In this document: positions 35,051 through 50,410 of the stretch, piece by piece
Numbering within the stretch: the first letter of the stretch is position 1
Layout: the number at the start of each line of letters is the position of its first letter
Assembly (NCBI GenBank): GCA_051294375.1
Contig: CM119265.1
Location: 8,254,772-8,318,771 of the forward strand
DNA length: 64,000 nt
Source: Paraspadella gotoi
Taxonomy: Eukaryota > Animalia > Chaetognatha
Reading direction: 5' to 3'
The notes under the pieces: generated by a model
Database searches by the model: none
The model's input: only the letters and a program-made list of their open reading frames with translations
What the model was told of the DNA's origin: nothing
Program-made: the position numbers and the translations under genes

Positions 35051-36182
35051 CTGAGGTTTTGAATATAGGATATAAGACGAACGGCACTGAATGAGAACTC
35101 AGTATGCAGACACGCTGCCTGTTAGCGAACGGAAAAGATACAAGATCAAAGCGGTTGCACAACATTCAAAAATATCACTTTAATTTTAAATCACGTTTAA
35201 TTAAAATTGTTCGGGTACTGCAGGAAACGAGAAACAAACAAATAAAAAATAAAAAGGTATTAAAAAAATAACAGTCAAAAAAGTAAAAAAAAAATCGAGG
35301 AGCAAGCTTAACAGAAAAAATATTTCAGTAGCTATAGGGGGAAAATAAAAAGTCGACAGAGAAAGATATCTATGAAGACAAAGAAAAGTTGATGGGGAGA
35401 AAGCGATAAAAGGAAAAAAATAATAAAAAGCATTGTAAATGTAAAAAAAAACATGAACAAAGTTAACAGCTTAGCGTGCAATAGGTTATAGCTTTCCTAG
35501 CCACTACGCATTATATTTTGCGTTGCGTAGCAGTTAGGTACAAGAAGAAAACAAATTAATTGCGTTTGTAACAAATGGAATGCTCTATAGTTTACTTCTA
35601 ATAAAACATACGTCCAAAATAAGATTGCACAGGACATGAATTCAACATCAACGTTGAAACGCGTTAAATAAAAATCGAGGATCACTGAAGTGAAAAATGA
35701 CTATAAATATCGCGCAGTCGCGAAAACAAAAATCGGAAAAATTCGATTACGAAGCTTTTTTAGCTTTCCTAACAAGTGCACAGGAGGAAAGTCAGGATTA
35801 GAGTCGTATCATTTCAAACAATAATGGGCACAGCGATTATAAGAAACAAACTGGCTTAGTAGTTGGTAGAAATCGATCAAGCGGTGAACTGGTTACTAAA
35901 CATTAAGTGCAGTATCCGGTTAAAGGGACATGTAGGACATTTTTATTTAGTATTTACTAATTCCTATATTATCCGAATACCGTGTAATAAAACATACAAT
36001 AAATTCGCCCATTTTAACACAAGCAACGCGAAAAAGTTACACAAACAAACACTCAGAATTAGGTTTGACGGTGTCATCCAAAAAACCACACCCAGTTCAT
36101 TTTCTTCATTTTTTCCAGGGACGATCGATTTCACTGCCGCATCCGGAGATCTCGTCACCGACGTCCCGGCGCGGCGCTATGC

Positions 36183-36308
36183 TCACTGATTGCCGTCCAC
36201 GATCTGGACTTCGGCTTTCTTCCGGTTATTCTCGGCGTCGTTGACGGCGGCGTTTCCACCACCAGATCGACCACAGAAGATTGTGTAGCACTGACGGTTA
36301 TCCGCCAT
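36183..36308 (-). CDS. Candidate 41-aa small ORF (unknown)
   Basis: GC/CpG-rich island. AAAC-ATG-G start ~24 nt after the acceptor TTCCCAG, which follows a long pyrimidine tract; MADNRQCYTIFCGRSGGGNAAVNDAENNRKKAEVQIVDGNQ*. Confidence 0.4.
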   Translation of the reverse strand: MADNRQCYTIFCGRSGGGNAAVNDAENNRKKAEVQIVDGNQ

Positions 36309-36813
36309 GTTTGAATCGTTCAATAATATCACCTGGGAATTGGCCTGAGAGAAAAAGGAGGAGAAGAAAAAAGAGAAGAAAAGAAAAAAGTAATAAAGAA
36401 AGAAAACGTAAACAAGAAAAAAAGAGAAGGAGATAAAAGAGAAGGAGATAAAAGAGAAGGAGATAAAAAATAAGAAGAAAAAAAAGGTAAGAAAAGAATA
36501 GAATAAAGAAAAAAAGAAAATAAAAGAAAGCTGTGGGTTTAAATATCGCGTATCGGCGACAAAACTTTTGATTCGAAATGGTAGCTTTTGTTATTCGTCT
36601 TTTCTTGATTGCTATTTATTTCTGAGCAATAAGATCCTCTAGTAACTAGAGCTACAAAATAAATGCAGAATCAAAACAACAAACCAGTGCCACAACAAAC
36701 ACCATATATAATCGGTTAAGAACGAAATGAAAGAATACGGGCAATAACAACAAAGACACCTCGGTCAACATCTTAAATTGGCGAGACTGAGGCGCAGGTT
36801 TAAGCAACGAAAA

Positions 36814-39157
<2,344 letters not shown>

Positions 39158-39324
39158 TTAAGCCGGCAAAAGATGGAAAAACATCATCCCGCCTTTCTGG
39201 GGGCGACTTAGGAAAACCTTTTTTATGATTGACGAAAAACCTTAACGTTGCGAGGCAAAATATAAATAACGACAGTAATAAACAAGAGAAGTTAGCTTTA
39301 AAATTAAAGAAAACAAAAGATTAA

Positions 39325-41035
39325 TCAGAGTCGTAATTTGTCAATAATCTTTTCTGCGATCCCGAGATAAACTGCAGCCTGCGGCGAATCCGGACGTGAG
39401 ATGACGATGGGGCGCCCACCGTCCGAACTCGAGCGGATATCGACGTCGAGGGGAACGTCTCCGAGGAGGTCCAGGTCCGAGTCTTCACACATGCGCTTCA
39501 CGCCGTCCTCTCCTGTAAAGAGAAACAGCCATTTAGGATTCATTCACATTTGAAAGGCTTTTCAATCATCATAAGCTTCACCAAATATGTGCGACAGATG
39601 GTTGCATTTCGGGCAGACGAACGAAGACATGTTTTGAACTAATCCCAGAACGGGGACGTCCACCTTGCCAAACATTTCGGCGCCGCGTTTCGCGTCAATG
39701 AGGGACAAATCCTGAGGGGTCGAGACTATCACTGCGCCTGTCAAAAAGTTTTTAAAAGTAAAACAAAACATAAATACTATACTGATACTGTTAAGCAAAA
39801 GTTCATGAGTTTGACTGAGTAAGAGGATAACGTCAAGTTATCAATGCGAATTAGCGAACCTGAAATCGGCAAGTTTTGTGAAAGCGAGAGCTGCGTGTCA
39901 CCAGTGCCAGGAGGCGTATCAATAACCAGCACGTCCAGGGGATCCCAACGTACTTTATAAAGGAGTCTTTCAATCCATTGCATTACCATCAAGCCTCGCA
40001 GCACCACGGGAGATGTCGGACCAACGAGGAAACCCACGGACATTACCTAACAACCGAAGAAGTAATACATAATTTTCTATAAGATTTCTTGCGCTACTGG
40101 GAAAGAGCTCATTGCAAACCTTGAGGCCGAAATTGTTGAGGGGCAACATTATTTGTTGGTCGTCGATTTCGGGCGAATCGTCGAGGTTCATCATCGTGGG
40201 AATCGACGGTCCAAAGACATCGGCGTCAAGAATACCGACCTGAAGATTACGACTCCTGTAGCGAGCGATCATATGTGTCGACGCTTGACTTATTTTAATT
40301 TATTTTCATTTTTTTTTTACCACCAACCTAGAGCTGGAGAGGGCAAGCGCGAGATTAACGGCTGTCGTGGATTTACCCACACCCCCTTTGCCGGAAGCGA
40401 CGACGATGACGTTGGAGACCCCTGAAGATTGAAATAGAATTCTGAAAATAGCTTCATTGCACTTGAGAACAAAAATTTGATTTGAGGCAATTAAAAATTA
40501 TATATTATATGATAAACCGTTTTTATCGTTTTTTTGCATTAAATATTTTAACATTAAAGTATCATATAACATATTTTATAAAAGTTTTTTTATTTTTTTC
40601 TGACGAATCTGAATTTGTTATTAAAATTTATAAAAAATTAATTTGAAATTTTACAAATTTATTATTATAAAGAAAATACAATTTGTTATACTGTTATGCT
40701 AAAATATTTTTTAAAAAGCATGATTTTCTTTAATTACAAATACGGAAGCAGCAAAAAAATTGTTAACTCGCTTAATCTTTTCATCACTCCACCCTATTGA
40801 ACATGCGCAAGGAATAATAACAATGAAACAATCACTTACCGGGAATGGAGCGTTTCGCCGGCAATCCTCGCGACTGAATCTCTTTTCTCCTCTCCTCGAT
40901 TTTCCGCGCTCGCTCTATCTCCGCATCATTCTCTTCCTCTCTCGTTTTTCTTTTCCAAAAATCTCTTCGAGCATCCCATCTTTGCGGAGAAGCGAGGAGG
41001 TTTCGTGACGCAGCGTTTAAAATACATTTATTCAT
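39325..41035 (-). CDS. NUBPL: Mitochondrial Fe-S cluster carrier NUBPL/Ind1 (Mrp/NBP35 family)
   Basis: [11 protein letters not shown]|[64 protein letters not shown]. Confidence 0.95.
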
Positions 41036-41161
41036 TGTCGCTTTGATATTTAAAGGACGATAGAGTTAAATCCAGTCCGCCTCATTTTATTGAGGTGTTA
41101 TGATACCCATTGCTATTTATTTAAAATTAAAACAACAAAAACGATAACAATGACTTTTCAC

Positions 41162-42547
41162 TCATTCCGACATTCGTAAACTCTTCGTCTTTCTCGGTTC
41201 TTCCGTCGCTTCTTCCCTTTTCTTGAGGTCCGATGGAGGCTCATGTTCATAGGAGGAGATCTTTTCCCGGTAACTATCCCATTGATCTGTCTCTATCGCT
41301 GTTCTCACTCGAGCGAAGAATTTTGTGTAGTGGTAAAGGTTGTGGGCGGCGAGAAGAACTGTGCCCAACAGTTCGGAGGCGTCGAGGAGATGGTGGACGT
41401 AGGCCCGAGTGTGGGATCGGCAGGTGTAACATTCGCAGTTTTCGAGAAGAGCGGAGAAGTCGGCCGCAAAGGCAGGAGCTTTAAGGTCGACTTCAATATA
41501 TTTGTTCCCAGAGGTTTTCTCCGACGAAGAGCCGACTTCTTGAAAGTTTGCCTCTAAAGCCTCGAGCTCACAGTCGAACACCAAAGCTCCACCCCGCTCG
41601 GCGACGACGATGGGGAAGGAAGAGTCAAAGAGATCGATGCCAGCGTCTACTGCGTCAACAATAAAGCCTGGTGTCGCTGGCCGAGGGGCGAGCCGCGGAA
41701 GACCCTCAGGAAGATGAGGAACGACGAGCGAAAGGGCGGTCACGGCGTTATTGACGTCGTCAGTAGTCTCCGCCACCCGAACGTCGATCGGTGGACGCCA
41801 GCCGTCAAAAACGAAACCGGAAAGAGAGGGAATCTTTTCGAGGAGGTTTTTTAAGTACGTACAGGTCCCTGTCTCTCCCAACCCGACCAATACCGTGCCC
41901 CACCATCGTTCTCCACTTGCACCATCTCTATTTGTCAGAGCGGCGATCCTGTCGGCAAATCCTAGTGATCGTTTCTTCGCTTTCTCCAATCTCTTCCTCG
42001 TTGTTTCCTCGTCGTGGAAAGCGACGTCGGCGTCAGCTATGACCTGCGAGGCGTCGCAACCCGCTGCCCGCGCAAGGGCGACCGCTTCGTCGGGCATCAC
42101 GTCCGCCTTTCCGGCGAAAGTCCAAGCGGCGACTGATTTTATTGTGTTGTGTCCGGGAGGATGGGCGACAGCGGGGTCGTTCTGAAGAAGAACGGAGAGA
42201 GTGTCGAACGAAGATCTAGAACCGTTGTAGCCTACAACGCCGTCACCAGAGGCTTCCAAGGTGGCTCGACGAAGACGCACGTCGCCCAACGTAAAAATCA
42301 TGGGGACGACAGGTTTGCTCTGATTCATGTTGTCTTGATATACGGACTGAGATAATATGTCATGGGTAAGATGAGGCACGCAGCAGCCAGCAGTGTAAAG
42401 AAAGCAAGCGGGAGTCGGCAGAACCACATCCTTATTGGGTTCTTTGACCTTCAAGAGTCCGAGACGTCGACCTTTGACGGTTTTCGTGATCGAAAATTCC
42501 ATCACGGAAAAGTTGCTTCGAGAAGATGCAAAAAAGCTTCCCTTCAT
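41162..42547 (-). CDS. QTRT2: Queuine tRNA-ribosyltransferase accessory subunit (single exon; start 42547 or 42502)
   Basis: RLGLL...TPACFLYTAGCCVPHLTHD, GIDLFDSSFP, zinc site CECYTCRSHTRAYVHHLLDASELLGTVLLAAHN. Confidence 0.92.
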   Translation of the reverse strand: MKGSFFASSRSNFSVMEFSITKTVKGRRLGLLKVKEPNKDVVLPTPACFLYTAGCCVPHLTHDILSQSVYQDNMNQSKPVVPMIFTLGDVRLRRATLEASGDGVVGYNGSRSSFDTLSVLLQNDPAVAHPPGHNTIKSVAAWTFAGKADVMPDEAVALARAAGCDASQVIADADVAFHDEETTRKRLEKAKKRSLGFADRIAALTNRDGASGERWWGTVLVGLGETGTCTYLKNLLEKIPSLSGFVFDGWRPPIDVRVAETTDDVNNAVTALSLVVPHLPEGLPRLAPRPATPGFIVDAVDAGIDLFDSSFPIVVAERGGALVFDCELEALEANFQEVGSSSEKTSGNKYIEVDLKAPAFAADFSALLENCECYTCRSHTRAYVHHLLDASELLGTVLLAAHNLYHYTKFFARVRTAIETDQWDSYREKISSYEHEPPSDLKKREEATEEPRKTKSLRMSE

Positions 42548-42663
42548 GTACAAACTGAATTTAAAACAATTCAAAGAGTAATTGAAAATTATCGTCAACT
42601 GCTAATCGATGTTGTATCTCGAATAATGTTTTATAATAAATAGTATATTATTTTTGCAGGGTT

Positions 42664-44028
42664 TTAATCTCTCTTAGATGCCAAGTCCATTTCGAGTTTG
42701 TAGGAAAAAGGATTAGTGCCAGCTCGACTATGCTTTTTGAGCAGCAAGCCGCAATCATCGATAACGAAGTCGTAAAAGAGAAGCGGGAGTGGCGCCGTCG
42801 AAAAGTGCCAAAGAGCGTGAGAATCTACCGCCCAAAAGATTGGAGGAAAATCGAGAGTCTCGAGTAGGGCGGAGGCGGAGAACCAGATAGTGGCGATGAG
42901 AGCTTTCCAGAAGTGAGTGTAGCCTGCAACCAAGGGAAAGAATTCGCTTTTATAAATTTCTTCATGTGACCGCGCTAATTCTATTCTATTCTGCAAACCT
43001 CACCCTTAACGATCTGCAGAACGGTGTACGAGGTCCAGACGAGCACGAAGACGCCGGCAAAAAAGATGTTGACTTTCATATTGTACCCGTAGTCGAAGTC
43101 GACGAAAGACATCGTGAGACAGTGATGGAGAAAGATGCCGCCAAGGACAAAGCCGATTGAGGCCGGAAGTCGAATCGGGGATTCGCCGACGATGCGAACG
43201 AGACTACAGAACAGTTGCACCAGGATTAAGCTAAAAAGGAGAAATCGAAGAATATTAAAACTTTTGAAAAAAATTATATTCTAAAAAAAACTAACAAGAA
43301 TCAGAGCAAAGTCTGAGACCTAAACGCGGAAAAATAGTCGAATCTCTCCGTCCACGGAGTGTCTCTGACGTGAAAAACGAAAGACCAGACCCAAGCGTTG
43401 ATGCAGACGACTGAAAAAAGCCGCCAAAGGTTGAAAAAGGGCGTGGTGGACGGAACGATGCGAGTGAAGCGCCGCAGCATCAGAAAATGGCAAACGCCGT
43501 TGAGGACGGAAGCAATCGCAGAAGCCGGCTCCTGAAAAAAATGTTCTTGTATACAGAGTATTTATCAAGAGATTCAAGACTGCTTAAAAATCATCCCTTA
43601 TTGCATCAGTGACCTCAAGTGGGTTTTACCTGCACGCCAATGACACGGACAAAGGGCCATTTGCCATCAAATTGGGGCACAGCTTCTCCTTGGGACGCCA
43701 ACACGTCGACGGCTTCCCACATGCAGTCGTAGCCGCATTCGGCGCGACAATCCCAGCCGAGCAAAACCAGCGGCCATGGTTGCGAGGAGAGAAAGTTATT
43801 TTTGGATGCGGGGGTCGAACAGCGAGCATCTAAGCAAATCTAATAAGCAATACTATATTAGTATATTATTATATTAGTCGATAATTGTTTTAAATTTAAC
43901 GAAAAATGTGACAACGTCCATACTTGTAAGCATTTTCTGTATGCAAGGGTGCGGTCGCCGTAGGATCCCCCACAAGAGGAAATGAAAGACCAAAGAGCGA
44001 GAATCCACAAGGTCCAACTTAATATCAT
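42664..44028 (-). CDS. PGAP3: Post-GPI attachment to proteins factor 3 (Per1 family)
   Basis: Signal peptide plus SYGDRTLAYRKC, WDCRAECGYDCMW, QFDGKWPF, EPASAIASVLNG, INAWVWSFVFHVRDTPWTERFDYF, FDYGYNMKVN, LETLDFPPIFWAVDSHALWH. Confidence 0.95.
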
Positions 44029-44280
44029 GATGAGATCGTTTACAATGCCCGAGTTTTCGTTCAGTCAGTTATTGGACTGTAACTAATATAATTAGGCACG
44101 ATGCAAATAAAATCAAATCCAATTTCTTTGAGATAACATAAATGACATTTTCACGAAGTAAATAATTGAAGGCACGTCTTGGGACAAAGATAAAAATGTA
44201 GTATAAAAGACAATGTATTACTTAGTACAATTAACAAGTTAATGAAAATTTTAAAAAATAAAAACAAGTAAACAAAGTGA

Positions 44281-45114
44281 CTACATTTCGTTAATACCTT
44301 TTATATTGAGAACCATATCAGAACGGTACGTCATCATGGGATAGTTTTCGGTCTCCCCTAGGCCCTCGTCCTCCCAATCCATCACATCGTCCTCGGCGGC
44401 GAGCTCTCTCCTCTGCTCCGCCACCTTCTTTTCCGCCTCCTCGACCTCCCGCCGCAGAGCCAAGATATCCTCCGTCGATCCGCCCTTCAAAGCGCGCCCC
44501 GTCTTCTTGGCCGCTTTCTTCATCTTCTCCCGTTTCTCCTCGGCGACGCCGGCCTCGGCGACGAGCCTCTCCGCTTCGAGCAGAATCTTCTCCGTCTCCG
44601 CCTTTTCCGCGACGGCCTCGTCGATGATGCTGCGCAAATCTCGTTCCTCTGAGGATTCGCCTTGGGCCAGGGCGTAGTATGAGGCGTCATTGTCATTAGT
44701 CGTTTGCTTAGATTCGTCCATATCCTTATAAGAATAATTATAAGGGGTCAACTGGATGACAGTCGGATAGACGTAGACATCAAAAAGGCCTAAAAGCAAG
44801 AATATAAAAGAAATAAATTTTACCGTGACTGAGGCCGAGAGTGGTGCCACTGTCACGTCGATGTTCCTCCAGGATTCGCTGCACCAAAGTTTTTCACAAA
44901 TTTTAAACCCGGCTAACTTTCCGATGTCCGCCCCGATGAGCTTTTTGATGTGGCCCACCATTTCCGAGGAGACTTGTTCCGACTCCTCGAAAGACTTGAA
45001 AAGAGTTTTGGTAGAAGTCGACTGGTTATCCACGGGCTGACGTTCGAGATTCGTCAATTCGCCCAACTCTTGGCGAACTTGGGTCAGTTTTTTACCCAGC
45101 AACTTCGACGTCAT
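44281..45114 (-). CDS. Uncharacterised charged coiled-coil protein (exon structure ambiguous; possibly two cistrons)
   Basis: 277-aa open frame with two exon-like GC-rich blocks separated by AT-rich intron-like sequence; the C-terminal block is E/K/A-rich. Confidence 0.55.
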   Translation of the reverse strand: MTSKLLGKKLTQVRQELGELTNLERQPVDNQSTSTKTLFKSFEESEQVSSEMVGHIKKLIGADIGKLAGFKICEKLWCSESWRNIDVTVAPLSASVTVKFISFIFLLLGLFDVYVYPTVIQLTPYNYSYKDMDESKQTTNDNDASYYALAQGESSEERDLRSIIDEAVAEKAETEKILLEAERLVAEAGVAEEKREKMKKAAKKTGRALKGGSTEDILALRREVEEAEKKVAEQRRELAAEDDVMDWEDEGLGETENYPMMTYRSDMVLNIKGINEM

Positions 45115-45644
45115 TTTGGGTTGACTTAAATTAGCTTGTCAGTCTTAATATCCTGATAAGTGTTGAGTAAATTCGTTACAATAGAATTTTTATTAGGTAC
45201 ATGATATAGTAATAATATCTCGCTCTAGTTTTATCAGTCATCCAAAACAAAATACAAAAAACGCAAGCTAAAATTTTTTTGGCGGTTTTTCCAAGAAACA
45301 AACGCAAGCAATACTTATTTGTTTCGATTAATTCTCAATATCCGCCAACAACCAGTAATATACGTAAAAAATAAGGTACGAAACAAATATAAAAAAAAAA
45401 CAATAAAATTAAAGCTTTACCGCAAAATCTCCGGAAATAAATAGTGCATCTTTGTTTTTAATCGAAAGAAGGGAAGTTCCAAGAGTGTCAATATAGGTGA
45501 GTATAAAAGAAAAAAAGGGTAAGCTCGGGTCCAAAAAGACTACCTCTTCAAGCGTAGGATCGTGACTAGTAAACAATATAATTATCTCTTTGTTCAAATA
45601 ACAAAAAACGAAAAAGGTGCGAGTATCACTCAAATTTAACAGAA

Positions 45645-47270
45645 TCAGTGGCCGGTTTTTTTTCGGTGAAACCACATGGTTTGGCGACTGTTGAACGCCA
45701 TGTTACAGACGTTGCAGTGGAGGACTTCGCGGAAGTGGATTCTCTTCAGATGTTCGCGGCAGGTGTCCTTGCGGGTGAAAGTCTTTTTGCATAAAGAGCA
45801 GGTGAAGGGTCTGCGGTTGTGTGTCGGTTTTTGACCTGAAAATATACTCGGAAGAATTACTACCAAATTTGCAACACAATTAGTAGTTTGTATATTTTAA
45901 GCGATACCTCTCCGATTCTCCGATTCTCCTTTACCCTTGGCTTTTTGAGTCTTAGACCCTTCAGCCTCTTTTTTCTCCCCATTGAGGTTTTTAGTGACGA
46001 ACTTTTCCTCGTCACCCTCGTTGACCCTGGTCGCCGAAACCGCAGCCGCGGCCTTGGCTTTGTTGCCGGTCGAGGCGAATGGACCGGGTACGGAGCGACC
46101 CGTCGACCGATAGTGTCCATCGCCTTCGGAATCGTCGGGAGGCGACCTGGTCGGTGGTCCTGACGGCGGCTGTTCTTTGTTTCCCCGCGGCGACGGGGGA
46201 GTAAAGTGGGACATCATGGCGAGAAACGAATGAGTGATATTCTCGTAGTAATCTTCCTTGGGACCTGATATGGCCGAGGAAGATGATGCCGAAGCATCGG
46301 AGACCCTGCAGTGCGGCGGATTCGGCGGCGTGGCGACGTGCCTGGACTTTTCCGAGGGCGTCAAGTCCAGCGCTGTCCCTTCAGCCGGCCCTTCGAGCGG
46401 ACCGACGGTATCAGCGGACGGAGGAGTCGAGGCAGACCCTGGCGGCGGCGGCGGCGGCGGCGTTTCGACAATCCCGTCGATGAGATTGTCGACTTTGTCG
46501 TCGTCGGATATCAAGTTGGATTTCGGTTCTGAGTTAAGGTTGAACGGATTGGAGGAAGACCCTGATTGGAGCCGAGGCGAGGAAGCACACGGCGACGGAA
46601 GACGGAAGACGGTACCGTCCGGCAAAGACGAGAGAGGGAGAGAGGAAATCATCGACGCCGAAAACGGCGAAGGAAGCACGTAGGCGAAGGCGCCGTCAGA
46701 GACGGAGTCATCGCCTACGTTATCGGGCGACGGGCTCGCGGTCGGACGATCGAAGACTAAGTTAAGCGGATTTCGATCGAAGTCGATGCGAGAGAACTTC
46801 GGTTTTAAGCGCGTCTTGTGCTTGGTCGGCGCCTGGCGCTTTCGACGTGAAGGGAGCGGAGCGGTGTCGCGGACGAGCGGCGTTTCTATTTTATAATCGA
46901 TAGGGGCGTCGAATTTGAAGTCGGCCTCGGAAGCGACACCAAAATCGTCTTCGACCTCGCGTCGCGAAACGGAGAACGCTTCTTCCTCGGGTCGCTCCGA
47001 ATGAACATCCCTCGAAAACCCCGAAGAAGCGTCTTCGTCGTGGTGATCTAGGGGCGCGGCGAACTCCACGTCATTCTCGCGTGGATGGAGACCGTCTCGC
47101 AGAAACGCCGAGCGAAGCGTCGTTCCGCCGGTCCATATACGACCGCCGTCACCCTCGCCAGAGGCGTCGACCAGGACGAAGACGTCGGCGCTGACAATGT
47201 CGGCGAGTTTCATCGCTGACTCCAACAGGAACGACGTCAGGCGCGACTCCAACTTCCCTTGAGTCTTCAT
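45645..47270 (-). CDS. Protein with a long disordered region and two C-terminal C2H2 zinc fingers (2 exons)
   Basis: Long exon 47270-~45908 spliced to GQKPTHNRRPFTCSLCKKTFTRKDTCREHLKRIH...HCNVCNMAFNSRQTMWFHRKKTGH*. Confidence 0.85.
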
Positions 47271-48059
47271 CGTCGCTTTTTATTGCTTTTAATTTCGAAG
47301 GTGGCTTAACCCCGTTGGCTTTAGCGCGGAACAGGCATCGGGGAAGAAAAGGGCGGCGCGGACCACAATCACAGGAAAGTTAAAAAAAAAATCTGATTTT
47401 AAAAAACACGGAAAATAAGAAAGCGTTAGGAGTCGGAAACGCTTGGCGGTGATTACAAATAAACAATATTTTCACTAGCTAATAATAGGATTATCTTTGC
47501 AACAGAGATTCATTATGACTGGCTCTTAATCCCTCATGATATGGGTAAGAAAAAAGGACCATTGATGAATTGTATTTGATGAAATCAAAATGTGTTATTA
47601 TCTCCCGTACCGAAATGCACTGTCTCAGCGCAGACTAGTGACGGTTTTCAGTCGCAGATTAATGTACGTAGACAGTTCATGATTAAAGAAGTCACAGAAT
47701 TCCTCATTCTTTTCACAAGAATAAGAAACTTCGGTCCTGCCCATAATGTGACTCCGGTTAAATAAAATGCACGCATTTTAGTTAATTAATCAAACTAATT
47801 TAAAAAGCATTATCTTAATATAGAAATTTTAAGGAAATTTCTTTCAACTTCAGGATTAAAAATGAATACCGCGGGCTTTCAGGCAAATCTTAATTCGTGT
47901 TTCTCCCTCTTGCAGTGGGCAACCGATAATGCAAAGAAAATAAAAAAGCAAAAATAAATTCATTCACAAAAGAGAAGCTATCACGCATTACAGTTTCTTT
48001 TTTAAAAAGAAATATTTGCGAAGGGATAAAAAATTTTTGGTCTAGTCAATCCGAAGATG

Positions 48060-49769
48060 TCACTCGACACCATGAGCAAATATCATTACTAGGCCCGGCT
48101 CCAAAATCATATCGGGACCCATATGTCGGTTGTCACAAGCAGTAATGACGACGGCTTGTTTTCCGGGGATACGCTTTGGGACATAGTTTTCGTAATTTCG
48201 ACGGTTGAGTTGCCGCGTCTCCAGAGTATTCAGCCGCGACGGCCATTTCCGCTCATGGGCGTTTTCCATCAGTTCCATAGCGATCGTCGAAGGGCATCCG
48301 CTGTCGAGAAGGGCGCGCTTCACGACCGCTTGAAGCGTCGTGTCGGGCGTCGATATCATTCCGCCCCAACGAGTCACTCTTGAAAATAGGATGAGGATTT
48401 AAGGGAAAGATTAGGAAGGTCACAAGGAAAAGTGTTTCAATCCAGACACTCACCGCGCCGGACGAAGCGACGCCACCCAATCCATAAGATCTTGGTTCAT
48501 GGAAGAACTCAACGAGTTCGCTTCGGCCGCAGCGGAAGTTGCGGCGGCGGCGCCGGCACCGGCCTGGTTCGACAGTTGCATGATTAGCGCCGCGTCGGAG
48601 GCGTTGTGACCCGAGGCCATCGTAGCGATGGTCATGATAACCTCGTTATCGTCGCTCGTACTGGGAAATTAAGAAATATAAATTAAACTTTTCTAAGTTG
48701 ACAAGATAACAACAAGAGAAACCTGGTGTTGTGAGGAGACATGGGCGATCTGATGGAGAGAGGAGACGATTCCGTGTTCATGGGCATCACCGCCGAAGAA
48801 GAAGATCGCGACTCGAAACTGAAGAAAGGAAAAGCGATGAGTCAGACCTCGTTGAAGACGAAGCAGTCAACGTCAATCGCCTTCATACAGAGTGGGAAGA
48901 GTCTGTCCGCGGGGAAGGAGATTTTGAACGGTATCGCGAATGATGTCGAGGTTGCGTCTCATGTCCGAATTGAGGAGTTTTTGTTCTCCGAGTTCTTGCT
49001 ACGGAGATGACAAAGTAAGAACGATTTTAACGTACCGTACATTACTGCATAGCAAAGTTAGTTGTAAAGAACCTGCATCATCGATATTCTATTTTGTTGT
49101 TGCTGCAAGAGAAGCCTCATTTCTCTCACACAGTTGTGCTCCTTAAGCTCGTCTTTCGGAATCACGATGCCGCAACCCTGTTCAGAAAATTAGTTACTTT
49201 TAGATTGCTCAGTTAATCTAAAATGACGAGGCGATTATAACGCTTGAATAGTTAACTGACTTGGGGGCAGGGAACTGGCCGCTTCGGGTTAAACTCGCAC
49301 TCTGAGACGTGAATTTCCAAACGATCGAGCTTCACAGTTTGCTTGGTGAAAAAAAAGTAACCAAAATAACTACACGTGTAGAAAAATAGGATGTAAATTT
49401 ACTTTACTGACCTGACAACCGTATTTAAAATTCTCGCAAGAAATATCCAATCGAGAAAGCAGATTCCGTAAAATTCTCGGGACTGGCTTTAAGTGACATA
49501 TGACTAGACGTTGACGGTCTACGGGACAAGTGGCCTGTCGAGTAAGCCATTCTGAGAAAAACAAAAATAAAACCTTTTCTAAAAAAAAAAAAAAAAACTA
49601 AAAAAAACCATCAGCGATCGCGCATCGTACAACAACCTTGTATACAGCCCATGCAAAACGCGTGTTCGCACTCTGGCGCCTGTAGCGGATCTTCCAACAC
49701 CCCGCTACAGATTGGACACAAAAGTTCTTCGTCCACTTCGCCCAAAAAACGGGCAACGTCATACCCCAT
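48060..49769 (-). CDS. RNF41: E3 ubiquitin ligase NRDP1
   Basis: MGYDVARFLGEVDEELLCPICSGVLEDPLQAPECEHAFC, TCPVDR, C-terminal USP8-interacting domain VTRWGGMISTPD...NAHERKWP...EPGLVMIFAHGVE*. Confidence 0.96.
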
Positions 49770-49933
49770 GATGGTTTAAGTGATCGTCTAAGTAAAACCT
49801 CTGCCAAAAGAAAAAAGTCAAACCCACCCAGATTTTAACTCCGTCCGCGAATGAGTTTAGCAAATAAGGATAAGGATCGTCGCAATCGCAAGGGGCAAGA
49901 TAGCTTATTTTTTAAATGAATGGATAATTTTTA

Positions 49934-50410
49934 CAGGCTTCATATTAGAAAATGCTCTTTCGCTTTTTCGAACCGAGTATCGGTTCTGACCAAATCACTG
50001 AACCAAATTTGATACGATTTTTCGTGCAGTAAAAAAAAGGTAAATTTTTTCGTGGGATCATTTTGCATTAATGTCTTAACTTTGTAAAAAAAAACATGTT
50101 AAAACTAATTTTCTAAAATTTAAATTGATTTTTCTTCTTTTGAACATTGTTAGTCCATCATTTTAGAACAAATTTTTGCTCCCCTAACGAAAGCTGGCAT
50201 GAACATCCTTTGTTCATTATCTTGGAAATAGAGCAAAAATTCGTTTTTCACAAAATTTACTTTTCTGCACAAATAGAAGTTTCTGCAACTGTTCAGGATT
50301 AATTTTTTTTATAAATTTGAAAAAAAATTGTTAATTTTTTGCCCACCTGGGCTGACCTTTTTAGGGCCCATATATCGAAAAAAAAGTATTTTCTCATATG
50401 AAGCCTTCTG
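49934..50410. mobile_element. Tc1/mariner-type MITE (TA TSD) nested in repeat B
   Basis: TA|CAGGCTTCATATTAGAAAATGC...GTATTTTCTCATATGAAGCCTTCTG|TA interrupts the repeat-B sequence GATAATTTT[TA]TATTGGTTG. Confidence 0.8.

Noticed and set aside
48865-48890. Apparent in-frame TGA in RNF41 (possible selenocysteine or readthrough)
   Set aside because: It lies inside a canonical GTATGA...TTCTTCAG intron; splicing restores the frame.
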